Shown: positions 28,235 to 38,203, counted from the first letter of the stretch. The stretch: 64,000 bases of DNA from an uncultured Candidatus Saccharibacteria bacterium (GCA_964402215.1 CAYOAT010000001.1:134703-198702), one strand, 5' to 3'. Notes: a model not told the origin generated them from the sequence alone. Program-made: numbers and translations.

Positions 28235-30247
28235 TTAGAAATCTATCAAGTATTCGATTTTTCCACCAGTTTTGTAATCTTCTCCACCATCAAAGTTTTC
28301 TATTTCAATTATCTCTTCGCTTATATCATCCAAAAATTCAGAAGATAAATTTACTTGTTTTGAACCAAAGATTGTTCGAAAACTTGTCCAAGTTAAAAAT
28401 AATTTCTTTTTTGCACGTGTGATTGCGACATAAAATAGACGGCGCTCTTCTTCGGAATCCTCGACTTTGTCATTTTCACGCTCCATCGGGAATAGTCCAT
28501 TTTCAAGACCTGTTACAAATACATAATCGAACTCCAGACCTTTTGCCGCGTGGACTGTCATTAATTTCACGCCGTTTTTATTTCTTTCTAGGTCGTCTTG
28601 ATCACTGGTTAGTGAAATATCATCCAAGAAATTTTCCATCGCTTCTTTTGGTTCAAAATCTTCGTATTTTTTTGCAAGTGAAGCCAACTCTTTTATGTTT
28701 TGAATTCTTTCAAGCCCTTCGTCCCCTTCTTCTTTTAATGCTTCCTCAAGACCAGATTCCTTTAAAATTAGTGCCACAATTTCTGCCGGTTTTTTTGTTA
28801 CTGATTCATCTCTAATTTTTTGCAAGAAATTTCTAAAATTCTTTATTTTTTCTTTAACTGCTGGTGTTAAAGTATCTTCTTCGTGAGCGTGAATTTTCAA
28901 AACAGTTGTTTTACCAAGTCCTCGTGGCGGCGTATTTATTATTCTGTTTAGGCTTGTAAAATCTTGTTCATTCAATGCGGCTTTTATATATGAAATTACA
29001 TCCTTGACCTCTTTTCGGTCAAAGAATTTTGTTCCGACCACTTGGTGTGGCAAATTGTGGCGCAAACAGATTTCTTCCAAAACTCGTGACTGGAAATTTG
29101 CGCGGTAAAGAAAAACAATTTCATTTGGCGATGTCCCTTTTGCTATTAATTCCTTAGCTTTCAGAATAGAAAAAGTTGCCTCATCATATTCATCAATGGC
29201 TCTATAAACCTGTATTTTTTCTCCAGCCGCGTTGTTTGTGAACAGATTCTTCTTTCTGCGAATTGAATTTTTGGAAATAATTTCATTTGCCGCCCTTAGA
29301 ATATTTTTTGTTGAACGATAATTTTCTTCGAGAACTATTTCTTTCGCCTCTGGATAATCGTGTTCAAAACTCATAATATTTTTAATTGTGGCACCTCTCC
29401 ACGTATAAATATTTTGATCGACGTCACCGACAACACAAATGTTTTTGTGTTCCTCCGCTAACAATTTTGTCATTTGATATTGAACTTCATTTGTATCTTG
29501 ATATTCATCAACATGAATATATTTCCAACGGTTCTGATATTTTTTTCTAATCTCTAGGTCTTTTTCAAGTAACCACACTGTTCGCACCAACAGATCATCA
29601 AAATCAAGTGCCCCACCCTTGTGAAGTTGTTCGTCATATCTTTTCCAAACGGTCGCAACAATACCCTTTATGTAGTCATTATAATGAATTGTATCTTCAT
29701 ATTCCTCGGGCGTAATCATATCTCCCTTTTGTCTGGAAATAATCGCAAGGATTTTTGCTGGGTCATATTGCTTTATGTCGTAACCCTCGTCTTTCAAAAT
29801 ATCTCTAATTATTTTTTTGGAGTCAGATCTATCTAGAATTGAAAACCTTTTGGGCAATTTCAGTTTTTCAAAATTTTCTCTAAGAATTAGTACTCCCAAT
29901 GAATGAAATGTTTTTATAGTGGGTCGTTCTTCAAACTCGGTAGGTCGTTTTAGGGTGTCTTCTTCTCTAAGTAGCCGATCAACACGTTCGCGCATTTCCG
30001 TTGCGGCTTTGTTTGTAAAAGTTACAGCCAGAATATTTTTTGGATCGACACCGTTTGCAATTAAATTGGCAATTCTGTACGTAATTGTTTTTGTTTTACC
30101 TGCACCGGCCCCCGCCATGATCAGTAGCGGCCCATCGATGTGCATCGCCGCTTCTTTTTGTTGTGGATTTAGGTTATTTAGGTAGGACATCCTGACTATC
30201 TTATCATTAGATAAGTCAAGATGCCCCTGTTGATAGCTGTTTGACAA
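28235..30247 (-). CDS. pcrA: ATP-dependent DNA helicase PcrA/UvrD family
   Basis: Walker A GAGAGKTKT and helicase motifs I-VI (TFTNKAA, DEYQDTN, VGD.DQ.IY.WRGA, VTRAKK). Confidence 0.9.
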   Translation of the reverse strand: MSNSYQQGHLDLSNDKIVRMSYLNNLNPQQKEAAMHIDGPLLIMAGAGAGKTKTITYRIANLIANGVDPKNILAVTFTNKAATEMRERVDRLLREEDTLKRPTEFEERPTIKTFHSLGVLILRENFEKLKLPKRFSILDRSDSKKIIRDILKDEGYDIKQYDPAKILAIISRQKGDMITPEEYEDTIHYNDYIKGIVATVWKRYDEQLHKGGALDFDDLLVRTVWLLEKDLEIRKKYQNRWKYIHVDEYQDTNEVQYQMTKLLAEEHKNICVVGDVDQNIYTWRGATIKNIMSFEHDYPEAKEIVLEENYRSTKNILRAANEIISKNSIRRKKNLFTNNAAGEKIQVYRAIDEYDEATFSILKAKELIAKGTSPNEIVFLYRANFQSRVLEEICLRHNLPHQVVGTKFFDRKEVKDVISYIKAALNEQDFTSLNRIINTPPRGLGKTTVLKIHAHEEDTLTPAVKEKIKNFRNFLQKIRDESVTKKPAEIVALILKESGLEEALKEEGDEGLERIQNIKELASLAKKYEDFEPKEAMENFLDDISLTSDQDDLERNKNGVKLMTVHAAKGLEFDYVFVTGLENGLFPMERENDKVEDSEEERRLFYVAITRAKKKLFLTWTSFRTIFGSKQVNLSSEFLDDISEEIIEIENFDGGEDYKTGGKIEYLIDF

Positions 30248-30325
30248 TCATTGTCACAAAACTATAATGAAATTTACCACAGAAAAGGTTGACCGAGGGC
30301 GATCCGTAGATCACAGACAGAAAAA

Positions 30326-31507
30326 TTGAAAATACCGCTTAAAATAAGGCTTATTAAACGAAAATCACATACAAGAGACCAGCTCCCTGAGGACAGTAGT
30401 AATGGGTGCGGCCCGGTAAATAAAGACGAAATAGGAATCTCAAAAAGATTTTCTTTGCGTTTATTGGCCAGATTTATTTCGGCATCACTATTTTTACCTT
30501 ATTTTTCTTTTGCGGCATCATTTCCAATTGTTTCCTTACCAGCGATTATCGGCCAGAATACGGTCAAAGAAAACTTTGATGTTATTACTGAGCCGTCCTT
30601 TAACTCACAAAACGCTGAAATTCTTGCCCCGCAAGTCAATAATAACCAGATAGAGGGAGCAATTGGCGGCGGACGACTATTAGTTATTGATGACACCGCC
30701 CTTGCACCGGAAATTGGTTCGGCCGGAACAACTCTTGATGTGAATTTAACTCAAAATAATGGAAAGATTTCTATTTATGAGGTTCGTGATGGCGATACTC
30801 TGTCGCAAATAGCAGAAATGTTTGGAGTTTCGGCCAATACGATCAGATGGGCTAACGATATAAGCGGAGCAATTCAACCAGGACAGATTCTAGTCATTTT
30901 GCCGGTAACGGGTATCACTCATAAAGTTAAAAGCGGTGGAACAATTGCTGACATTGCCAAAATTTACAAAGCTGACGTGAAAGAAATAGCATTATTCAAC
31001 GGAATTGGAATTGATACTCAATTAAAACCGGGAGACGAAATTATCGTTCCAAATGTTGACCCCGTTGTTAAAAGTAGCGGAAAGAAAACTTCATCATTGG
31101 CTTCTACTTACTCAAGTCCAGCTGCAGCAGCGGGCTATTACATGAACCCTCTTCCTGGAGAAATTCTCACTCAAAATCTTCATGGATATAATTCTGTTGA
31201 TATCGGGGCGCCAAATGGCACACCAATTTATGCTGCGGCGGACGGAAAAGTTATTGATAGTAGATACGGCGGTTGGAATGGAGGATATGCGGTGATGATA
31301 ATTATTTCACACGATAATGGTACGCAGACATTGTATGCACATCTAAGTGATAACCTGACAAAAATTGGTCAAAAAGTTGATAAGGGTGATGTGATTGGGT
31401 ACGTTGGATCAACAGGTAACTCGACAGGACCACACTTACATTTTGAAGTGCGTGGTGCCAAAAATCCTCTGTCAGTTTGCCGCGTAGGTTCACCTTGTAA
31501 CATATAG
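30326..31507 (+). CDS. LysM-domain M23 family peptidoglycan endopeptidase
   Basis: Two LysM repeats (DGDTLSQIAEMFGVS.., GGTIADIAKIYKAD..). M23 motifs HGYNSVDIGA, YAHLS, GSTGNSTGPHLHFEV. Signal-like hydrophobic segment near the N-terminus. Confidence 0.85.
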   Translation: MKIPLKIRLIKRKSHTRDQLPEDSSNGCGPVNKDEIGISKRFSLRLLARFISASLFLPYFSFAASFPIVSLPAIIGQNTVKENFDVITEPSFNSQNAEILAPQVNNNQIEGAIGGGRLLVIDDTALAPEIGSAGTTLDVNLTQNNGKISIYEVRDGDTLSQIAEMFGVSANTIRWANDISGAIQPGQILVILPVTGITHKVKSGGTIADIAKIYKADVKEIALFNGIGIDTQLKPGDEIIVPNVDPVVKSSGKKTSSLASTYSSPAAAAGYYMNPLPGEILTQNLHGYNSVDIGAPNGTPIYAAADGKVIDSRYGGWNGGYAVMIIISHDNGTQTLYAHLSDNLTKIGQKVDKGDVIGYVGSTGNSTGPHLHFEVRGAKNPLSVCRVGSPCNI

Positions 31508-31508
31508 T

Positions 31509-33065
31509 TTAATTGTATAAATCCTTTGGTCGATATTGCAAAGCCTCTAAAATATGGGGCTGTTTTATTTTTTCAGATAATTCGATGTCCGCAATTGTTC
31601 TGGCAAGTTTCAATATATTGTAGTAACTTCGCACAGATAAACTAAGTTTTTCGGCGGAATTGTCTAAAATATTTTGCGTTGTTTCATCAAGGGAACAATA
31701 TTTTTTGATTTCATTTAAAGATAAATTGTGGTTTAATTTTCCAATTCTGTTAATTTGAAGCTTTCTTGTATCGGAAACTATTTTTTTCGCTTCTGACGAC
31801 TTTAATCCACTATTTTGATAAACATTTTTTGGGTTCAGTTTTTTGTAATCAATTGTGGCAACTTCAATCCAAATATCTATTCTGTCTATAATTGGGCCAG
31901 AAATTTTTCTTTTATAATTTTGTATTGAATTTTGTGTACACAAACACTGTTTAATATTAGTTTTAAAGTATCCACAAGGACAAGGATTCATTGATACAAC
32001 AAGAGTAAAGTTTGCAGGAAATTTTGTGGCGCCTGAAGCTCTGGATATAGTGATACTGTGTTCTTCTAATGGTTGACGAAGAGAATCAATAACTCGACGA
32101 TCAAATTCTGGAAATTCGTCCAAAAATAAAACACCGTTGTGGGCTAATGTAATTTCACCGGATTTCAGATTATTTCCTCCCCCGATTATCGACACATATG
32201 AAGATGTGTGATGACGAGCACGAAATGGAGGAATTATAATCAAATCACGTAGCTGTTCGTTTATTGAATATATAGATGAACATTCGATTATTTTTTGTGT
32301 ATCAAGTGGGGGCAGAATTTCCTTTAGGGATTTTGCTAGCATGGTTTTTCCAGTTCCCGGCGGTCCAAATAATGAAATGTTGTGACCACCACTGGCCGCG
32401 ATAATCAACCCCCTCTTTGCGTTCTCTGCGCCGATTATTTGGTCAAACAAATTTTCATCTTTTTGAGCAGAAATCATTTTCACATCATTACAAGCGTTGT
32501 TTATTATTTTTTCTTTGCCAGAAATATGATTAATAATTTCATTTAAATTTTTTGCGCCAAAAACTTTTATATTATCTATAATTTTGGTTTCCGAAATATT
32601 TTGATAAGGAACAAAGATTTCTTTGAAGCCATGTTGTTTTGCAAAAGATACGATTGGCAAAACTCCGCAAACAGGGCGTAATTTGCCATCAAGTGATAAT
32701 TCACCGACAAATAATCTGTCTTGAGTTTCTGCTTTTATTTCTCTTGCAGCAATTAAATATGCTATTGCGACTGGAACATCAAAACAGTTGCCAGATTTTT
32801 TTAAATCTGCTGGCGCAAGAGAGATAACCATTTTTTGATTTTTCTGTTTTGGAGCTGTAAAACCAGAATTTTTTATTGCAGCTGAAACACGGTCTTTTGC
32901 CTCTTCAACTGCTTTGTCAGGTAAACCAACAATTACAATAGAAAAAAGACCACGAGAAATATCGATTTCAATATCTACAAGGTCCGCACCAAGTAATTTC
33001 GCTTGTGCGCTATGAACTTTTGAAAAATACACACCCCGTATTTTGGGGTGTGTATCTAAAATCAA
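31509..33065 (-). CDS. comM: YifB/ComM family Mg-chelatase-like AAA+ ATPase (competence-associated)
   Basis: N-terminal ChlI/Lon-like domain (IVGLPDKAVEEAKDRV), Walker A GPPGTGKTMLAKS, Mg_chelatase C-terminal domain. Confidence 0.85.
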   Translation of the reverse strand: MILDTHPKIRGVYFSKVHSAQAKLLGADLVDIEIDISRGLFSIVIVGLPDKAVEEAKDRVSAAIKNSGFTAPKQKNQKMVISLAPADLKKSGNCFDVPVAIAYLIAAREIKAETQDRLFVGELSLDGKLRPVCGVLPIVSFAKQHGFKEIFVPYQNISETKIIDNIKVFGAKNLNEIINHISGKEKIINNACNDVKMISAQKDENLFDQIIGAENAKRGLIIAASGGHNISLFGPPGTGKTMLAKSLKEILPPLDTQKIIECSSIYSINEQLRDLIIIPPFRARHHTSSYVSIIGGGNNLKSGEITLAHNGVLFLDEFPEFDRRVIDSLRQPLEEHSITISRASGATKFPANFTLVVSMNPCPCGYFKTNIKQCLCTQNSIQNYKRKISGPIIDRIDIWIEVATIDYKKLNPKNVYQNSGLKSSEAKKIVSDTRKLQINRIGKLNHNLSLNEIKKYCSLDETTQNILDNSAEKLSLSVRSYYNILKLARTIADIELSEKIKQPHILEALQYRPKDLYN

Positions 33066-33082
33066 TCTAAATTCTTAATAAA

Positions 33083-33439
33083 TTAATTACAAGTTCTAGC
33101 GGCTGGATATGCCTCTAATCTATTTAACGGAATTTGTTTACCTGTAGCTTCACAGATACCAAAAGTACCTTTTTCTATTCTCTCAAGTGCTGCTTTTACT
33201 TCAACCAGTTCTGTTTCAAGCTCTTTTAAAATAGCTGTATTTTGTTCAAATTGCTCGATTTCGTCTGCAAAGTCATTTGGATCCGCAGTAGCCTCTGCTA
33301 CCTCCCCAGGGGTCGGTTCCCAATCGTTAGGGTTGTCTGGGTTTACTCTACCAACAGACTTTAACTCAACTATTAAACGCTCTTCTTCTTTTAAAAGTTT
33401 TTCCTTAAAATAATTAAGATCGATTTTTTCTGTTTCCAT
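33083..33439 (-). CDS. DksA/TraR-family C4 zinc-finger protein
   Basis: 118 aa with a coiled-coil N-part and C-terminal CEATGKQIPLNRLEAYPAARTC zinc-finger-like motif. Confidence 0.65.
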   Translation of the reverse strand: METEKIDLNYFKEKLLKEEERLIVELKSVGRVNPDNPNDWEPTPGEVAEATADPNDFADEIEQFEQNTAILKELETELVEVKAALERIEKGTFGICEATGKQIPLNRLEAYPAARTCN

Positions 33440-33477
33440 ATTTTTATATTAACATTTTAACTTTAACTGACAAACAT

Positions 33478-34479
33478 TTACCTAACAATATTTTGAAGAT
33501 TCAATTTTGTAGCGATTTCTTGAACAACTGCAGGCTTTGAGGTAATTAATAAGTGATCATTGTTTACAAAAGTATAAAAGAAAAGAATTTGATTTTGACT
33601 ATTAATTATCGCCCTTACGTCTTTGTTATAGATAACGATATCTGTAAATTTATTTGGATCAAAATAAGCTACGCCAGTGTTGTTTGGTGTAAGAGTCAGA
33701 AAGTCATTTGTTCCAAGTGTTTTAAAGAAGATATCATTGATTTCCCTGTATAATTTTATTTCCCAATTCAACATTCCAGAAAAGACCCTCTCGTATTCTA
33801 GCGTTTTTATCAAAATAAAAGGAACTGTGTCCCCTTCAGTCTTGATTAGACCAAGTAAATAGTTTTCACCGAGCGATCGCATCATCGTGTCGTCAGGATA
33901 AAATTCTAGATATTTGAATAATTCTTGGATATTAATTTTTTCTTTGACCTCAATAGTTTTATCGCCTTTTGTAATAGGGACAGTTTTGTTTATCACAATT
34001 TCGGCAATTTCACTGTTGTTTAAATCAGTTGGTGGATTTTCAATATTTCCAACAATTTCTTTTTTTACTTCCGATCCCAATTTGTAGTCGGCGACAATCT
34101 CTATTTCTTGTTTTTTATCAATCAAGACATCCCGAAAGTTTTTTGGAATATTTGAAGTAAAATCTCCATCGTTTTTTAGCAGATAAAACGCGCCCCATAA
34201 TATTAATCCAGCCAAGATAAAAAGACATAAACTAACAATAATTATTAATGAAATTTTCTTCTTTGTTTCATCGGCACCTCTAATTTGTTCTGTTTCGTAT
34301 TGTCTTTTTTGTTCAGCTGCAATAATTTTGGAAGTAGAAATCTGCCCTCTTTTTACAAAGTTTGCAACGTCCTCCTCATAAGTACGTAAAGGGCGAGTAA
34401 CAAATTTTTCTTTTGCCACTGGGGCAGTTGAATTTGTTTGTATTTCTCCGTTATTAGAATTATTAGGTTCTTCTACCAT
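33478..34479 (-). CDS. Membrane-anchored hypothetical protein (single TM, about 230-aa extracytoplasmic domain)
   Basis: TM segment ISLIIIVSLCLFILAGLILWGAFYLL. No recognisable domain. Confidence 0.45.
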   Translation of the reverse strand: MVEEPNNSNNGEIQTNSTAPVAKEKFVTRPLRTYEEDVANFVKRGQISTSKIIAAEQKRQYETEQIRGADETKKKISLIIIVSLCLFILAGLILWGAFYLLKNDGDFTSNIPKNFRDVLIDKKQEIEIVADYKLGSEVKKEIVGNIENPPTDLNNSEIAEIVINKTVPITKGDKTIEVKEKINIQELFKYLEFYPDDTMMRSLGENYLLGLIKTEGDTVPFILIKTLEYERVFSGMLNWEIKLYREINDIFFKTLGTNDFLTLTPNNTGVAYFDPNKFTDIVIYNKDVRAIINSQNQILFFYTFVNNDHLLITSKPAVVQEIATKLNLQNIVR

Positions 34480-34501
34480 GGGTACATTTTATCTACTCTT
34501 T

Positions 34502-35029
34502 TTATTTTCGCCAATTTTTTGACTGACCAATTAGGAATCTTCCTGGTTCCCTATCGATATCGATAAAGTCATCGGCAGCTTCTATTAATTTACTTGATGA
34601 AGATCTTCCAAATGATATTACTTCAACTTGGCAACCACCACTGGTTTTTAAATATTCAACTAATGGGACAAAATCCCCGTCACCAGATGCAATCACGATC
34701 GAGTCCACCTTATTCATTGCTTTAATTGTGTCGACAGCCAAGCCGATATCCCAATCACCTTTTTTAGCTCCTCCAGAAAAAACCTGTAGGTCCTTGGTTT
34801 TTGTTTCTATACCAAGTTTACTAAGTGCATCAAAAAAGCCCTGCTCTTCACCACTTTCTGAAGTGATGACATAAGCAATCGCTCTGGCCAATTTTCTTCC
34901 TGCAACGGCCTCTTTCAAAACTGTTCCAAAATTAACTTTCTTCTTATATAAATTCTTTGCGCTGTGATACAAATTTTGTGTATCTATAAAAACAGCAACG
35001 CGCTGTTCTTTGTGTTTAATTACTGACAT
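34502..35029 (-). CDS. NYN-domain (LabA/DUF88-like) predicted RNase
   Basis: VAVFIDTQNLYHSAK...DWDIGLAVDTI...IVIASGDGDFVPLVEYLK matches the NYN/PIN-like catalytic Asp pattern. Confidence 0.75.
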   Translation of the reverse strand: MSVIKHKEQRVAVFIDTQNLYHSAKNLYKKKVNFGTVLKEAVAGRKLARAIAYVITSESGEEQGFFDALSKLGIETKTKDLQVFSGGAKKGDWDIGLAVDTIKAMNKVDSIVIASGDGDFVPLVEYLKTSGGCQVEVISFGRSSSSKLIEAADDFIDIDREPGRFLIGQSKNWRK

Positions 35030-35116
35030 ATAAAAATAAAAATGAAATATTAAAAATATTAAAAATCACGCTTCTCGCTAAATTATATCAAAAAATAGAG
35101 ATATCTGCTTGGAAAA

Positions 35117-35377
35117 TTATAGACCAACTTTTTTTGCCAAAGCCTTGTGTCTTCTTGGACTCTTTTTTATCAAATACTTTAATAGTGTTTGTCTATTCGC
35201 AACCATTCCCAATAAACCACGTCTTGAATGATTATCTTTTGGGTGTTTTTTTAAGTGTTTTGTTAATTCTTCTATACCTTTAGTTAATATGGAGATTTGA
35301 ACCTCGGCAGAACCTGTGTCCTTGGCGTGGGTCTGAACTTCCTTTATTGCCTTTGTTTTCTTTGATTTTGTAAGCAT
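35117..35377 (-). CDS. rpsO: 30S ribosomal protein S15
   Basis: HLKKHPKDNHSRRGLLGMVANRQTLLKYL matches the uS15 signature (H.KD.HSRRGLL.MV..RR.LL.YL). Confidence 0.9.
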   Translation of the reverse strand: MLTKSKKTKAIKEVQTHAKDTGSAEVQISILTKGIEELTKHLKKHPKDNHSRRGLLGMVANRQTLLKYLIKKSPRRHKALAKKVGL

Positions 35378-35501
35378 GATAAAAAAGATGGTAACACAAA
35401 TTAACTAGTATTGCAAGCCGTTATATTGGCGAGCCACACTTGGCCGTGATGAGCAGACCCCACACATAATATTGTGCGACATTAAATGATATAATGAAAT
35501 T

Positions 35502-36452
35502 ATGTCGAATAAGTCTGAAATTGATACTTTGCGTCAAGAATTTCTCGAATATATAGAAATTGAGAGAGGACGAAGCGTTAAAACCGTTGAAAATTACGAT
35601 CATTATTTAAGCCGTTTTTTTGCTGAACAAGGTATTAAAGAAGTTAAAGATATTACTGAGCGGGCAGTTCGTGAATTTCGTCTTTGGTTGAATCGTCAAA
35701 ATACAACGAAAAATATCGGTGGAAGGCTAACCTCCGGTACAATGAAGAAAAGAACTCAAAATTACTATTTAATCGCCCTTAGATCTTTTCTTAAATTTCT
35801 TTTAAAGAGAAATTATAAAGTAATCGCTCCAGATCAAATTGAATTAGCAAAAATTCCAGAGCGTTCTATCGATTTAATTACAAATGACGAATTAAGGAGG
35901 ATTATGGAGGGACCGAAAGGTCAAGACATAAAAGATTTGCGTGACAAAGCGATTTTAGAATTATTTTTTTCGACAGGACTCCGTGTTTCTGAATTATGTT
36001 CATTGAATCGTGAAGTTGATTTGAGTCGAGGAGAATTTGCGATACGAGGAAAAGGAGACAAAATTCGTGTTGTTTTTATTTCTGATTCAGCAAAAAAATC
36101 ATTGGATAAATATTTAGATAAAAGAGATGATATGGACGAGGCAATGTTTGTTCAGCTTGCAGGGAAAGGCGGAAATGATTTATTAAAAAAGAAAGAATCA
36201 ATAAGACTTACTCCGCGATCAATTGAAAGGATAGTCAGATTTTATGCTGTTAAAGCTGGTATTTCAAAGAAAGTTACGCCTCACATTATTCGCCACTCAT
36301 TTGCCACTGATTTACTGTCTAATGGAGCTGATTTGCGTTCTGTTCAGGCGTTACTTGGTCACGCAAATATCACTACAACCCAGGTTTATACTCACGTTAC
36401 AGATAGACATTTAAAAGAAATTCACAATAAATTTCATAATAAAGGATTGTAA
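35502..36452 (+). CDS. xerC: Tyrosine recombinase XerC/XerD family
   Basis: N-terminal SAM-like core-binding domain. C-terminal catalytic R..HxxR..Y (HIIRHSFATDLL...LLGHANITTTQVYTHV). Confidence 0.85.
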   Translation: MSNKSEIDTLRQEFLEYIEIERGRSVKTVENYDHYLSRFFAEQGIKEVKDITERAVREFRLWLNRQNTTKNIGGRLTSGTMKKRTQNYYLIALRSFLKFLLKRNYKVIAPDQIELAKIPERSIDLITNDELRRIMEGPKGQDIKDLRDKAILELFFSTGLRVSELCSLNREVDLSRGEFAIRGKGDKIRVVFISDSAKKSLDKYLDKRDDMDEAMFVQLAGKGGNDLLKKKESIRLTPRSIERIVRFYAVKAGISKKVTPHIIRHSFATDLLSNGADLRSVQALLGHANITTTQVYTHVTDRHLKEIHNKFHNKGL

Positions 36453-36473
36453 AATTTAATTAAGAAAATGAAA

Positions 36474-36511
36474 AAGGCGCTTGATGTATCAACATACTGT
36501 CAGGCGCCTTG
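36474..36511. terminator. Hairpin (7-bp GC stem, 24-nt loop) between xerC and the GC-rich cassette; terminator and/or recombination-site candidate
   Basis: aaggcgc ...24 nt... gcgcctt with T-rich tract on the minus strand (tttcatttt). The loop contains the near-palindrome tgatgtatcaacat. Confidence 0.35.
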
Positions 36512-36552
36512 TGAAATTAATGCTGGTTAATTTCGTTTGCTTCTACTGCTTG

Positions 36553-36942
36553 TTACGGCAGTTCTTTTTTTGCTTCTGCCAGTGCCGTCTCGCAGCCGAT
36601 ATGGTTTTTCCCGATCACCAAGAGGTCTTTGCCGTGATTTACAAACACGACGCAAACTTCGTAATGATATTCCACGCCTGCTCGAGCCAGCGAATCTTGC
36701 ATGAAAAGTTTCAGCTGCTGTTCCGCCGCGTCCTTTCCAACGAGCCAGCAAGCCACGGTGTGTTCACCGCCACCTGCTTTGATTTTTTTCACGAGTTTCT
36801 CGAGCAATTCTTTGCCTTCAGGCAAGGATTCGCTCTTTATGGCGAAACAATTCAGTGCCGCACGCTTCTTTGCGGCAATGATTTGCGTCGACCTCGTCGT
36901 GAAAACGTACTTTCCAACTCCAATTCCTCTGCTATCTTGCAT
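36553..36942 (-). CDS. 129-aa protein of unknown function in a GC-anomalous (about 50% GC) segment; likely foreign
   Basis: Only protein-like ORF in the 36.48-37.0 kb GC-rich block. Preceded on the minus strand by AAGGAG and an exact TTGACA-N18-TATAAT promoter. Predicted alternating beta/alpha small domain (..HTVACWLVGKDAAEQQ..VEYHYEVCVVFVNHGKDLLVIGKNH..). Confidence 0.45.
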   Translation of the reverse strand: MQDSRGIGVGKYVFTTRSTQIIAAKKRAALNCFAIKSESLPEGKELLEKLVKKIKAGGGEHTVACWLVGKDAAEQQLKLFMQDSLARAGVEYHYEVCVVFVNHGKDLLVIGKNHIGCETALAEAKKELP

Positions 36943-36999
36943 ACAATCACCATTCTCCTTATTCTGCTTGTTTGTAACGAACTAACCAGCAAGGCAAAA

Positions 37000-37029
37000 A
37001 TTATACACAACTTTTATGAGTATTGTCAA
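37000..37029 (-). promoter_or_regulatory. Consensus sigma70-type promoter for the GC-rich cassette gene
   Basis: Minus-strand reading ttgaca-atactcataaaagttgtg-tataat: exact -35, 18-nt spacer, exact -10. An AAGGAG SD lies 12 nt before the ATG at 36942. Confidence 0.45.
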
Positions 37030-37084
37030 ATTTTAAAAAGTCGGATGTGTACAACTTAATATGCTAATATTTATTTAATATTAT

Positions 37085-37858
37085 ATGAAAATAATTTCTT
37101 GGAATGTAAACGGTATTCGTGCGTGGCACAAAAAAGGTTGTCTAGAATGTTTACTTGAAACTAATCCGGACATAATCTGTTTTCAAGAAACAAAAGCTGA
37201 GAAAGAACAATTACCACCAGAGCTAGTAAATATTCCAGGATATTTTTCTTATTTTAATTCTTCTGCTGAAAGAAAAGGTCACTCGGGTACAGCAGTTTTT
37301 ACTAAGGCAAAACCAGACAATGTAACTTATGGCCTTGGTGTTAATGGTTTAGACGAGCAGGGCCGCCAAATCAACTTGTTTTATAAAGATTTTGTTCTAA
37401 TTAATTGTTACTTCCCTAACGGTGGCGGGCCAAAAGAGAGATTAGAGAAAAAACTTCGTTACTATAATGAATTTCTAAAATTTTTAAATAAGATAAGAAA
37501 AAGTGGTAAAAAAATAATTTTTTGTGGTGATGTAAATGTTGCACATAATGAAATAGATTTAGCACGACCAGAAAGTAATAAAGAAAATGTTGGTTTCTTG
37601 CCTGTTGAAAGAAAATGGGTTGATGAGTTAATTGAAAATAACTATGTTGACACATTCAGAAATCTGTATCCGAAAAAAGTTGTATATTCGTGGTGGGATA
37701 TGAAAACAAGAGCGCGTGATAGAAATGTTGGTTGGCGCCTAGACTACTTTTTCGTTGATAATACCCTCACAAATAAAGTCAAAGATTCACTAATTCATTT
37801 TAATGTTATTGGATCTGACCACGCGCCGATTGAACTACAAATTGATTTGAAATTATAA
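37085..37858 (+). CDS. xth: Exodeoxyribonuclease III / AP endonuclease (Xth family)
   Basis: MKIISWNVNGIRA..., catalytic E (CFQETK), D/N/H motifs (GDVNVAHNEID, WW.MK.RAR, SDHAPI). Confidence 0.9.
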   Translation: MKIISWNVNGIRAWHKKGCLECLLETNPDIICFQETKAEKEQLPPELVNIPGYFSYFNSSAERKGHSGTAVFTKAKPDNVTYGLGVNGLDEQGRQINLFYKDFVLINCYFPNGGGPKERLEKKLRYYNEFLKFLNKIRKSGKKIIFCGDVNVAHNEIDLARPESNKENVGFLPVERKWVDELIENNYVDTFRNLYPKKVVYSWWDMKTRARDRNVGWRLDYFFVDNTLTNKVKDSLIHFNVIGSDHAPIELQIDLKL

Positions 37859-38203
37859 AGGACACTTATCCACATTAATGTCCTTTACAAATGTCCTTTA
37901 AGAAATACAATATATTCAGGATTGTTCATTTCAGTTCTTTCCACAATTAAATATATAATTTCGTTCTGCTCTCGCGCGCATGTAACCCTCTTAGGGAAAA
38001 TTAAAAGGCGGTGCAATGAGCTAAAAACGGAAGACCATCGTAAGCTTCAAAACAATATAATAATAGTCCTCAACACTCCTATTATTCAAAAATAAAGTTC
38101 CCCACTTTATCCCAATTTCACTGAAGTCTACGGTGGTTTTTTATTTGTCTAAAATAAAAGGCCAAGACGTTATAAATCTTGGCACAATTATTCAAAAATG
38201 TTT

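Noticed and set aside
36481-37059. ORFs 36481..37059(+), 36527..36751(-), 36701..36985(+) in the GC-rich block
   Set aside because: High GC suppresses stop codons in all frames. These translations are Arg/Cys/Phe-rich nonsense. Only 36553..36942(-) has a promoter, an SD, a terminator and protein-like composition.
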